Of a stretch of DNA of 64,000 nucleotides, positions 41,928-56,229 are shown one piece after another. Location of the stretch: contig OZ024740.1 of the NCBI GenBank assembly GCA_964016885.1, positions 345,712,001 through 345,776,000 on the forward strand. The letters run 5' to 3'. The notes under the pieces are model-generated. The model searched no databases and was not told the DNA's origin. It worked only from the letters and a program-made list of their open reading frames with translations. Positions within the stretch are counted from its first letter, which is position 1, and each line of letters starts with the position of its first letter. Position numbers and translations under genes: made by a program. The stretch comes from Eledone cirrhosa. Lineage: Eukaryota.

Positions 41928-42847
41928 TTAGCAGAATGGCCCGGCGTTGCTCGGGCGTCTAAACATAGATTGGCATCTTTATCTCTCTTTTCTGAAACAG
42001 TACAGAGAAGTACGGAATACCTCGGCCTGCGGATGGTGTCTACATTTTGTGCTTAGGCAAATAATTTTCCATAAGATTTATCAAAAGCATGTAATTGCGT
42101 TCTCTCTCTCTTTATTCTTGTTGTTTTTGCTGCTGTTGGTGTGTTAACAGCCGTTGGTCGAACTACTAACACAATCACGTTCTTCTTCAGTCAATCGTGT
42201 ATATCCCCTTCTGCCTCGTCTACCTAAACAATGATTGTAGCCCCTCTTTGTACACAATGTTCCTTGTTCTTCCGTCGTGGTCATATGCAAAGAGATTTGT
42301 CTTGCTTCCCACTCTTGAGCAGACAACGTATAGTTGCCCGTGTGAAAAACATGACTCTTCCAAAAGAAGACCAGCAACAGCTAGGGTCTGACCCTGGGAT
42401 TTGTTGATAGACATTGCAAAGCTGACGCGTTTCGGTGAATTGTTCGTTGGTTTTCTGTTTCAAGTGCTCTTCTGGTGCCAGTACGTTCAGCATCTTGCAA
42501 CCTTCGATTAGCAGATTCCACTGACGTTTGCCCGCCTTGTTCTTTTTCTTGCCGTTTTCGCAGTATTTCGGCCAATGGAGTATCTCTTCTTTCGAGGCAT
42601 GACCTAAAAGCAGGACGAGGTACACTAATACTAACTGGTAGAGTAAGGAGTAAACTCGTCAGTGATGCATGTGATTTCCAAACCGTTGACTATGTAATTG
42701 CTGGCCTTGTGCCAAAAGTAGTGGGACTTTTGGGCTGGCATAACGGCAGTAACAATGACTATAAGCCATCTGTGCTTTCGTGAAATAAATAAGTTTGTTT
42801 ATATTTTGTTTTTGTGAATGCAAAAATATCTGTACACGAATATAATA

Positions 42848-42860
<13 letters not shown>
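41928..42860 (-). mobile_element. Internally deleted Helitron
   Basis: Pif1-helicase C-terminal motifs MSINKSQGQTL...FSHGQLYVVCSRV (42220-42414) directly joined to an N-terminal-like Arg/Glu-rich segment. The 3' hairpin CCCGAGCAACGCCGGG is followed by CTAA (decayed CTAG). The 5' boundary is approximate. Confidence 0.75.
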
Positions 42861-42911
<51 letters not shown>

Positions 42912-42917
<6 letters not shown>

Positions 42918-43065
42918 TAACAGATTAAAGTTTAAGCAAAGAATCGCTGCTTTTACCCTTAACGGGATCTTCTGAAACAAAAAAAAAACAATCTGTGAAC
43001 GCCGAAGTAAATATTTCGAAAAACGTTGCAACCGAATTAAAACAGGAAGACGATACTTTGGTTCG
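42912..43065 (-). mobile_element. Family B arm, tailless and not folded back
   Basis: Matches 20186-20335 and continues into different sequence beyond the 20335 palindrome centre. Confidence 0.75.
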
Positions 43066-43156
43066 TGAAGACGTTCCCTGGCAATGAACAGAAAATAGTG
43101 AAGATAATACGTCAGCATTGAGAATAATTTTTGTCATAATGTCGTAATGCAGACAG

Positions 43157-43422
43157 CTAGACATACAGACAGATATTATAAGGGCGCGACGTTATAGCGA
43201 TAATTATATCTAAAAAAAACAGAATAACAGAGAGAGGAAGAGATCGATAACCGGCGCCTAACACCCCTTTAACAACAGAAAATTGAAAAATAAAAGTCGC
43301 AATATCTTTAGACCGTAAGGAATATATAAATGCAAGTTTGAAGTCAATCGGAGTAGAAATATGGATTTGTATAAACTTTTCAAAAATTTGGGGACACAGA
43401 GACAATTTCAGTTTTATATAGA
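43157..43422 (-). mobile_element. Non-autonomous Helitron-like 5' fragment
   Basis: Minus strand begins ATCTATATAAAACTGAAATTGTCTCTGTG and contains CCGATTGACTTCAAACTT, both typical of such elements. Confidence 0.45.
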
Positions 43423-43424
43423 TG

Positions 43425-43464
<40 letters not shown>

Positions 43465-45337
43465 AGTGTGTGTGTGTGTCTGTCTGTCTGTATGCATTGA
43501 GAGTGGCGTGAACAAATAAACATTTCCACTCTTTAAAAATCTTCATATAGCCGTTCACTATGTCACATACTCGTGGTTTAATTATGCACATTTGATGCAC
43601 TAATTGCATACATAGTATATTCCGTGTAAATCCATTTTACGATGGAATTTTCTTCAATATTTCAACAAATTTTCATCACTGCCCATTGATATTATTTACT
43701 TATGTATTACGTTAAACCGTTCAACACACATTCACTACTAATTCTGTTGCGAGATATCTTTAATCTGTAATGAATGAAAACAATTCTTATTCACAAGCAC
43801 GATGCTTGTTATCGGATGATTAAAAATAATTTCTGTCATAAAACTTAAGAAATTCTATTTTCAATTAGAAATCTTACTTACCCACATACATACAGAAATT
43901 ATTATATATACACAAGCTACTTTAAGCTATTTATATTCTCTCTTCTTAGAAGCAGTTACATTAGTGTACAATATTACAGATGTTCTTTTCAAGCCCGAAA
44001 AGTATTTCGTTATTTATAGGATCAGCAACTTGTTTGCTTTTAATCGGAAAATTCTATTAGTTTACTGGGCAAAGATTATATCTCGTTTTCAATTTCTGAA
44101 ACATCGTATTGACATAAGTACACAATCTACATTTCCTATATATGCTTCCCGCTTGATTAAAGGAAAAATTATTTCTCTTTATAATTATTCTGTGTTTTTA
44201 ATATTCCTTTCTGAAAGCATTCTATTTACATTTATTACTACCGATTGCCATTGCGTATCAGTGTGACTAAAAGGGTTACCGTACAAAAAGTAAGAAAATT
44301 TAAAACAAAATAGTTAACTGAAAATCAAAACACAAACAGAAAAAAGAAAAGGAAATAAGATGTGTATGCGATGAAAGAAACTAGAAGGATATCTGTTGTA
44401 CGATATGAACAGAAGACATTGGCATCAAACAGTTTATAATTTCTGACAAGAAATTCAATCTTGTTGCCTGTCTACTTGGAATTCAGTTTGCTTTACCCCA
44501 CCTGCTTCTCTAACTCTAGATCATCATCCCCTTACTTCTTATTCTACTATCCAGTATATGTCGGGGTCTATTCTTGTCCCTCAACGTAATCTTCCTTTTT
44601 TTTAAATTTATTTTTGTATTTTTTTTTTTAAACTTTTATTTTTCTTGAAAATGTTTACTCTTATTCTGTCAGGCTCTATCTCTACCTCATTCTTTCATTC
44701 TCTCTCACAAACTCTTATTCTGTCAAGCTCTATCTCTACCTCATTCTTTCATTCTCTGTCACAAAGTTTTCATATCTAATTATATGTTATTCTTTATTCC
44801 GGCTAAATATGATTTTCCTATACCTCAAATAAGTCACACCACACCCAGTCTCACTATTTTCTTCCTTTCTATATCCAGACAACTCACATGAAATATGTCG
44901 CCCATTCGTTTCATGTCACTCTCAGCCAAACTCCATCTTTCGATATACCCCTCCTTCCATATCGCTTTATCTTTCTAAACATCGACTTTCACCTTTCGTA
45001 TCTCATTCTTCATTATCACTCTAGAAAATCTAGATTTTCTGTTTCCACAAACACATTTATACCCATCCACACACACACAAACAAATACACAAATACGCGC
45101 ACACACAGATATACGCACACACATACACATATATATATAGCGAGATAGATAGATAGATACGCACACAAACACACACACGTGTACACACACATACGCACAC
45201 ACATATATATACATATGGTTTATTGGTGTGTAAGGTTTGTTACTATTGTTTCAGTTGTTTGAGCACTAAATGCCAACGTGTGTCCGGTTGCTGATGTGCT
45301 ATTCGGTGTTTTGTAATACACCGTAGTCGGTATTATT

Positions 45338-45441
45338 AGCCGAGGTTAACTTTGCCTTTCATCCTTACGGGGTCGATAAAATAAAGTACCAGTAATGCAC
45401 TGGGTAATTGCTGGTCTTGTGCCAAAAATAGAAACAATTAC
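45338..45441 (+). mobile_element. SINE 3' part
   Basis: Core and tail as in 12371-12563. Confidence 0.8.
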
Positions 45442-45476
45442 TAAGAAGAATATAGTTAATAATAAATGTAGGATAA

Positions 45477-45670
45477 TAATTGTTTCTACTTTTGGCACAA
45501 GGCCAGTAATCATCCCAGTGTATTACTGGTACTTTATTTTATCGACCCCGTAAGGATGAAAGGTAAAGGTAAACCTCGGCGGCATTTGAAATCAGATCAC
45601 AAAGGGCTGTAACTCTAAGCTGCAAACAAGGCCTCCGACACTCTACCGATACTGCTAATACACCGCCCTT
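45477..45670 (-). mobile_element. Full-length SINE, reverse strand
   Basis: Reverse-complement match to 12371-12563. Confidence 0.8.
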
Positions 45671-46163
45671 AATTATAATGATAATAAATGTGTAGGAATG
45701 ACGTATAAATAGCTATATTGATACCGGGCACACACACAGCCGATGTGTACTTAGGAAAATACCATATATTTTAAACCGTTCAACAGATTGGTAAATATAT
45801 ACACTCCGGATGAAGGGTAATGGCCCAGACACATGTTGATTTTTCCTCAATGCCAATGTTGAATAAATGGAAGACGATTCGTCATGGGTACAGCACAGCT
45901 TTAATTGGGCCGTTTGTTTACACGCGAATCGAATTTATTGTTTGGCAATCAACATTTATCATTGATTGACCAAATGTTAAAAATACAGATATAAATATAT
46001 ATATATATTCTATCAAAGTTCTTTCGTTGCACATCTGCAACATCATCAGTCGTACTTTTATGTTCCCTCCTATTGCATTGTAATGTCTACGCCATTTTTA
46101 TAAAGTAATTTGATAGACTATATATATATAATTATATCTGAATTTATTATTAATAATCGATAT

Positions 46164-46390
46164 AAGGGCGGTGTATTGGCAGTATCGGTAGAGCGCCAGA
46201 CACCATGTTTGGAGTAGAGTGTTATGGCCTTTTACGTACTCAGTTCAAATGTCGCCAAGGTTAGCTTTACCTTTCATCCTTAGGGAGTTGATCAATTAAA
46301 GTACCAGTAACGTAATGGGGTCGATTTAATCGACTTTCCCTTTCCCACAAATTGTTGGCCTTGTGCCTAAATCAGAAAGCATTATTGATA
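46164..46390 (+). mobile_element. Full-length SINE, longer subfamily
   Basis: AAGGGCGGTGTATTGGCAGTATCGGTAG start, the core, and an extra GGGGTCGATTTAATCGAC segment. Confidence 0.78.
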
Positions 46391-46438
46391 ATCGATATAA
46401 CACATACGTAATATGTATATATGTATATATATATATGT

Positions 46439-47226
<788 letters not shown>

Positions 47227-47504
47227 TATATATATATATATATATATATATTCGCTCGTTAACAAATATATATGTGTTCAAAATGTTTTCATATCTGTTT
47301 TTATGCAAAAGGTGTCTATATTTTCCAGTCATCCACTTCATATATTTGTTCACACCTTGATTTCTATCTTTTATACTGTTTTCACTTACTTCATTCTTTA
47401 TTCAAGTTCCTGGAATTATCCTCAATTTCCATCTCATAATCCTTTTTTATCTTCATCCAAGTCCGTCTCATACGTCTCTTGCCTCTCCACTTTCTTATCC
47501 TCAC

Positions 47505-47536
<32 letters not shown>

Positions 47537-47585
47537 GATGCTGCTGCTGCTGTTGCCGCTGTTGCTTCTGCTACTACTACTCCTA

Positions 47586-47626
<41 letters not shown>

Positions 47627-47638
47627 ACTACTACTACT

Positions 47639-47684
<46 letters not shown>

Positions 47685-47690
47685 GACTAC
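47505..47690. repeat. Compound (ACT)n/(GCT)n trinucleotide repeat
   Basis: Directly visible. Confidence 0.95.
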
Positions 47691-47870
47691 TTATTTTTCA
47701 TCCTTTTCTTTTTTTTTCTTTAAATACTGCAACTTGGGTGGCGAGCCTCGTTGACTGATAAAAAAAAGGAAACAAAAACAGTAAAAGGAAAAACGTAAAC
47801 ACACTTCCACAAACACACACACACACACAGACAAATATATATATATATATATACTCATACACACACACAA

Positions 47871-47954
<84 letters not shown>

Positions 47955-48828
47955 ATATAAATATATATTACTTTCATCTTCTAACAGCAAAGACTGAGGG
48001 GGAAACAAATCTATAGACAGTTTCGACTGAAAAAAATATATTTATTATAACACCAACGGAAATTCAAAGTGATCGTTATTAAAACGATGCGCACTTTTAT
48101 TTACTGTGATTTCCATTATATGGTTAGTCCCATGTCAATAACAGAAAATATATCAAACATTGAAGTGCGAGGAAAATATTTTAGAAAATCAACCACATGC
48201 ACAGAAATACACGTATACACACACAATCACATGTTCACACAGACACAAGAAATACAGACAGATATAGAGGTAAACACACAGGCACTAACACATACACACA
48301 TGTACACATGCAAATACAATAACATATATGTGTACAATATCCCAAACTGTGTAATCCTAAGTTACAAAGCAGTGACTTTCCTCATACACGCAATATCTCA
48401 GTGGTAAATTCTTTTTTTTCAAGACCATTTAGCTTATCTTTGAGGAAACATAATATCCAATAAAATAAATCGCAAGTATACAAAAACACTAAATATAAAC
48501 GTTTATAAACAAATTAAGACTTAGTACAGTATAAACACAACTATAATGTAGTAAATACATCAGTCAACATACATATTAAACTTACACGATCCACATATAA
48601 TATACTTTGTGTTAATTAAATACAGAGAATATATGAACTCATAATAAAAAGCCTCCTAAACGAGAAGAGAAACGACATTACAGCAAACGATAAATTAACA
48701 CTTATATTACACTAAATTTACACAAAATATCTAATACTATAAGATACATTTTAAAGTGCCTGTATCAAAAATTTCATCTGCTAGAAATGTAGGTGGTTCA
48801 CACATACATAATATTCATACATACACAA

Positions 48829-48862
<34 letters not shown>

Positions 48863-48933
48863 GTATATATATATGTATATATATATATAAATATATACGT
48901 GTGTATATATATATATGTATATATATATGTATA

Positions 48934-48975
<42 letters not shown>

Positions 48976-48977
48976 CG

Positions 48978-49063
<86 letters not shown>

Positions 49064-49082
49064 CGTATATATATATATATGC

Positions 49083-49123
<41 letters not shown>

Positions 49124-49153
49124 CGTATATATATATATATGTATATATATATG

Positions 49154-49317
<164 letters not shown>

Positions 49318-49320
49318 CAC

Positions 49321-49349
<29 letters not shown>

Positions 49350-49358
<9 letters not shown>

Positions 49359-51112
49359 AAATATTAATAAAATAGATGTTTTTTTGATCAATTACATTTT
49401 ATTATACATATTTCGGAGGTACAACAGTACGTCCTCATCAGACAAAACATAATGATACATGACATACCCTGAGATGTTAAATGGTTAAGATTTAATCGAG
49501 GTAGTGATTAACCTAAGAGAAAAATCAACATTTATACCCTAATAATGATAAAATGCGAAAACGTAATAAATTCAATAGAGAATGTAAGAAAAACGTTGGT
49601 TAATGTGACAGCTATAGAGATTTTAAAATGTAGGATACTACAAGTTATGTTTATCTAGGAAAACATCTCATGAATTATAACAGCCAATGAGGGCCGCTGA
49701 AAGGGGATTTAAAGAGAGGGAAAGATAAAGGGGAGTAATATATGCAGAAAGAGATTTTTTCCAAAAGCTAAACGGTTAGGTTTCAAAATATTTAATTTAT
49801 GTTATTTTAGGGTGAAGAATCAAGATTTTAGGTTTATTTAAAAGTTGCTGGTTATTTATATTTATTAATTTTATAAATTCTATAAGTGTGTTAACATTTC
49901 AAAGCTTCTGCATTTTATGAGGATTTACATTTAAAGGATTTACCTGGCCAGCGAAAGGAACATTTACACTGTTGAATATTTTCCTAAATGTAAACTTTAA
50001 CGAAGATAATCTGTAAAAATGTCAACATTTTCGGTATGTAAAGCTTATGAAGTAGTTATTGTTAGAAATATTTAAATAACGATTATATATATATATATAT
50101 ATATATTAATGAGCCAGTATATTTTAGGTAAATGATAACGAATGTAAAATAATAGATTGAAGCATGCTAAAGTTAAATAGATACCTATATACAAAAGGGT
50201 GCATGAATTATTCACAGTTCAAAATAAATAATAATCTAGAAATTTAGAAGTTATGTAAAAGTTATGTATAGAGAGATACAGGGAGGTATATATAGATATA
50301 TATTAGGTATTAGTGATACAGTATACTTTAGGTAAATGATAACGATTATAATCTTATATAATAGATTTCAACGTGTTACAGTTAAATACATACATATATA
50401 TAAAGAACAACAATAATAAATGCATGGATAATTCAGAGTTCAAAATAAGGTCCGTAATAATTTATAGTTGGGATATTTGCTCTATATTTGAATCATTGAT
50501 ATAAAAATACGGTAGGTATATTTAAAAACTTACAAAAGATAATTACATACATATTATAAATAAGAAATAAAAAATGTAAACACATGAAAAATTCACAGTT
50601 AAAAATAAGTTCCGGAAAAATATACGTGATGCATATTTAAATTGAAATTTAAAACTTAGATAGGAAAATAAAGATAGAGAAATAATAGTATGGATCAAAG
50701 TTAATAATATTACGTTATGTATATCAACGTGCCGGCGTGTTATTGAACAAGTGAAATTCATTCGAGCGTTATTTCTTCTATAGATAGTTATAATGCAATA
50801 TTAAAAGCCATTAACGTTTTTCCCTGTTGATTATATACATCTGAATACCAAGTTTTAATGGTGTTGTGTTTCTTTCTCTTTTTTTCTAGTATTTTAGGAG
50901 GCTAAGAATGTGGACGTAGCTTTATGAAGGCAACTAGAGAATAATTTACTTTTTTGTTAATTAAGGTCTCGTAGTTATTAATAATCAACAGGGTCTCCAT
51001 AGTACAGAGCGCGCAGTTATTTGATATACCAGAGTTTCGGTAAACACCACAATTCCGAAGTTTTGTCCAAAGAATGGAGTATTTTAAATTCCTCTCTTTT
51101 AATGACCAATCT
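49350..51112 (-). mobile_element. 5'-truncated PLE: endonuclease C-terminus, long 3' UTR and terminal HHR
   Basis: [14 protein letters not shown]...[11 protein letters not shown]...LINKK at about 50930-51110; HHR near the 3' end; (TA)n on both sides. Confidence 0.72.
49395..49448 (-). ncRNA. Minimal type I hammerhead ribozyme motif
   Basis: Minus strand reads GTTTTGT-CTGATGA-GGAcGTAC tgtt GTACcTCC-GAAA-TATGTA-TA-ATAAAAT. Confidence 0.75.
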
Positions 51113-51114
51113 AC

Positions 51115-51209
<95 letters not shown>

Positions 51210-51235
51210 CGTATATATATATATATACATATACG

Positions 51236-51271
<36 letters not shown>

Positions 51272-51294
51272 CGTATATATATATATATACGTAT

Positions 51295-51344
<50 letters not shown>

Positions 51345-51373
51345 GTACACATATGTATATATATATATATACG

Positions 51374-51427
<54 letters not shown>

Positions 51428-51434
51428 TATACGT

Positions 51435-51473
<39 letters not shown>

Positions 51474-51484
51474 CATATATATAT

Positions 51485-51562
<78 letters not shown>

Positions 51563-51602
51563 GTATATATACATATATATATATACATACATATATATAT
51601 AC

Positions 51603-51658
<56 letters not shown>

Positions 51659-51703
51659 ATAAATATGAATTATAAGAATCAAAGAACTGTTCAAAACATT
51701 TTT

Positions 51704-51752
51704 ATGCTTACAACTGTTTCCTCCAAACCGAGGTTTGGATTCTTCGGACCAA
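51704..51752 (-). ncRNA. Degenerate hammerhead-like motif
   Basis: Minus strand reads TGGT-CCGAAGA-aTCCAAAC ctcg GTTTGGAg-GAAA-CAGTTG-TA-AGCA, with one core mismatch and one stem I mismatch. Confidence 0.4.
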
Positions 51753-52285
51753 TTTATTATTGAATGAACACTTATATGACCTCCTTTTCACCCAAGAGAC
51801 ATACAGATACATATGCAAATATTGTGGGTCAACATTCATTATAGCATTTAGAGTGGCAGTACACACTTAGAGATCATATTTATATTAAAAGATACAATCA
51901 AAAATACAGCTTAAAATACAACATGAAATTAAGCGGTTATATAGTGCAAAGGTTATATGTGTGGCAAGCACGTGCGTCTTGTTTATATAGTGTGGCAGAG
52001 AGTTACGTGTAGTAGAAGCACTTAAGCAGGTAATCGAGAGTGTTAGGGTGGTTGATCTGGTGACGAATTCTTTATATGATTGTTATAGTGTGTGTGTGGA
52101 GAAATAATATAAGTATTAAAAATAGTGTAAGCATTAAACATATTTTTAATACTTATATTATTTCTCCACACACAGACTATAAACAAATTATATATAACAG
52201 TTATATAAAAAAATATATATAACTGCAAAAGGTGTTTGTATTTACATAAACATAAATAGTATAATTAATACTATTAATTAATAAA

Positions 52286-52329
<44 letters not shown>

Positions 52330-52426
52330 AATATATATATTTGTACATATACGTACATATAGATATATATTTATATACGTATATATATCTATATATACAT
52401 ATATATAAATACGTATATGTATATAC

Positions 52427-52552
<126 letters not shown>

Positions 52553-52602
52553 GTACATATATATACGTATATATATATATATGTATCTATATATATATAT
52601 AC

Positions 52603-53730
52603 CTATAACTTTCATAGGTTTCGGCCAGTATTGGCCCAGGCCATGTCTAACTTAATAGCACCACCTGGAGAAGTCTTACAAATCAGCGTTTGGGCACCAT
52701 GCCCCACCCGAGCAGAGAGTTATTGTTTACGGGGGCATATCCAGGTGTAGGAGGCTTATCCGGGATTTCTTGAAGGAATTTATTCAAAGACTTCTTGAAA
52801 TTGATGGGGTCTGTCTCTGCCTTGATGTGTTTTGGTGTAATGTTAAAGAGTGCAGGGCCAATTGAGGTGAAATAATTGTGCCGAATTGTTGTTATGTGAC
52901 GCGAGTGGGATTTTTGTCGTTGGCGGATAGCAGGGGGCCCAAGCCTTGGGTGTACACTAAAGATGATGCCAACATCATTTGGGCTAAGCTGATGGAATAT
53001 GTTCCACATCATACAGATAATGTTGCGCTCACGGCGACGTTGAAAAGAATAAAGTATGAGCTTTTCTAATCGACCCCAATAGTCAAGGCCTGTCATGCCA
53101 ACTATCTTTTTTGTAATTGACCTTTGGGGTGCTTCAATTTTCATGATACTTTGTTTCGTGTGGGGTGACCACAGTGGACAACAGTATTCAAGGTGGGGTC
53201 GGGCAAAAGTGGAGAAGAGAAAGACAACAGTGTGGATGTCTCTCGACTGGAATGTCCTGTGAATCCAGGAACACTTTCTACCGGCCATATCAACTTTGCT
53301 GTTTATATGAGTGGCCCAGCTTATATTTTTGTCCACAAATACTCGCAGGTCTCTGATGCTATTGGAAGCCACCTGAGTTTCACCCGAAGGAAGAGAGTAT
53401 GGTAGTTTCAGTGCAGCCTTTTCCAAAGTGGATTAGGTCAACAGCATATTATTCATCTCTGCCCATTGGATAGCAGCCAGTAGATCTGACTGAAGGCTAG
53501 GCCGGTCACCTACCTCATTGATGACCCTTTGGAGCTTGGAATCATCTGCGAAGATTCTGATGTTACTGTGTTTGATGAGGTCACTAATGTCATTAATGTA
53601 GATGATGAAAAGAAGTGGGCCCAACACAGTGCCTTGTGGGACACCACTGCGGACTTTGGCAGGGCCTGATTTTACTCCTTCAACTAAAACATGCTGGGTT
53701 CTGCCTGTCATGAAACATTTGATCCAGGTC
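52603..53730 (-). mobile_element. 5'-truncated CR1/L2-group LINE (RT C-terminal half and 3' UTR)
   Basis: [49 protein letters not shown]; the 3' end runs into (TA)n. Confidence 0.88.
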
Positions 53731-53948
53731 TGAGAGAAGGGTTTTTTCCACTGTAATATGATGTATAGTGTTAGTGTGGTTACTAAACACTTGATCCAGA
53801 ATGTTCTTCTGATGCCTCGTTGCTGCAAGGACAAGTTGGGAAAAGAAAAACTCATTGATGAAGTCATATATATATATATATATATATATACGTATATATA
53901 TATATAAATATATATATACGTATATATATATATAAATATATATATACG

Positions 53949-54009
<61 letters not shown>

Positions 54010-54066
54010 GTATATATATATATATATATATATATACGTATATATATATATAAATATATATATACG

Positions 54067-54165
<99 letters not shown>

Positions 54166-54193
54166 GTATATATATATATATATATATATATAC

Positions 54194-54341
<148 letters not shown>

Positions 54342-54342
54342 G

Positions 54343-54373
<31 letters not shown>

Positions 54374-54586
54374 ACGTATATATATATATATACGTATATA
54401 TATATATATATGTACGTATATATATATATATACGTATACATATATATATATATATACGTATACATATATATATATATATATATACGTATACATACATATA
54501 TATATATGTATATATACGTATATATATATATACGTATTTATATATATACACGTATATATATGTATATATATATATATACACGTATA

Positions 54587-54634
<48 letters not shown>

Positions 54635-54638
54635 ATAC

Positions 54639-54720
<82 letters not shown>

Positions 54721-54757
54721 GTATATATATATATATACGTATATATATATATGTACG

Positions 54758-54805
<48 letters not shown>

Positions 54806-54833
54806 GTATACCTATATATATATATATGTATAC

Positions 54834-54868
<35 letters not shown>

Positions 54869-55527
54869 TAAATCTACCAAAATATACGGTAGTGTCCAAT
54901 CCGTATGTAGAACTCAATGTAATCCAAATATCATGAAAAGAGAAGTGTATTCAACATTTTTTCGATGACAAACACAAGAAAACAGAGTCAAGATAAATTC
55001 ATTAAAACAATGAATAAAAACAAAGAAACAGTTCCTTATATTAAAAAAATCATCATTTTACGATCGTTTCTAGGATATATATGTGTGTGTGTTGGTATGT
55101 ATATCATATAGATGTATGTAAAAGTTTTACAAACTATGAGAGGGAATATACATACCCACAATTACCTATATATATATAAATATATATAAATATATAAAAA
55201 AAAATAAATTCTTGATGACTTAATTCTCTATAGATCTTCTTTTTTATGTTTAGAATTAATGTTCGTTTTAGCCTATCTGCTTGTTTTTTGGTGAGTTGTA
55301 ATCTTCTAACGTCGGTATTGATGGTGTTGATGTAGATTCTGGACGAGGCACACTGCTTTATGAAGTATAGTTGTCGAGATGTTATGGTTTTTCGTAGACA
55401 ACAGAACATGGTGGTTTTCAGTATCTTGTTAGCCTGGCTAAGGCTTACGATATTTCGTTTCTGAATTTGTTTAGCAAGATTCTTTATCTGAAATCGTGTG
55501 TTGAAACCGATATTGCTATACTTATAC

Positions 55528-55740
<213 letters not shown>

Positions 55741-55788
55741 TATATATATATATATATATATACATTATATATATATATATATATATAC

Positions 55789-55870
<82 letters not shown>

Positions 55871-55873
<3 letters not shown>

Positions 55874-55993
55874 AAAAGTATGACTCCAATTCATACTGGG
55901 GTCATACTTTTTCCAATTTCCCACTCCACTGCACTAAGTATTGAGTACTCTGGTGCGTTATGGTCTATCTGGTCCATTGCCACAATTTCTTTG

Positions 55994-56057
<64 letters not shown>

Positions 56058-56176
56058 CAAAGAAATTGTGGCAATGGACCTGATAGACCATAACGCACCA
56101 GAGTACTCAATACTTAGTGTAGTGGAGTGGGAAATTGGAAAAATATGACCCCAGTATGAATTGGAGTCATACTTTT

Positions 56177-56179
<3 letters not shown>
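55871..56179. mobile_element. Two short-hairpin family A variants in inverted orientation around a (TA)n spacer
   Basis: 55871-55995 is the near-perfect reverse complement of 56055-56179; both contain GACCATAACGCACCAGAGTACTCAATACTTAG. Confidence 0.85.

Positions 56180-56226
<47 letters not shown>

Positions 56227-56229
<3 letters not shown>

Noticed and set aside
46012-46053. Minus-strand CTGATGA-tGTTGCA/TGCAAC-GAAA
   Set aside because: Stems I and III cannot be paired convincingly; at best a decayed motif.
47303-47758. 151-aa ORF with poly-T, poly-A and poly-L runs
   Set aside because: Product of the (ACT)n/(GCT)n repeat.
52598-52645. GGCC..GGCC-GAAA-CCTAT..ATAGG-TA at the CR1 3' end (minus strand), resembling a hammerhead half
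   Set aside because: No CUGANGA or stem I; more likely the LINE 3' stem-loop.
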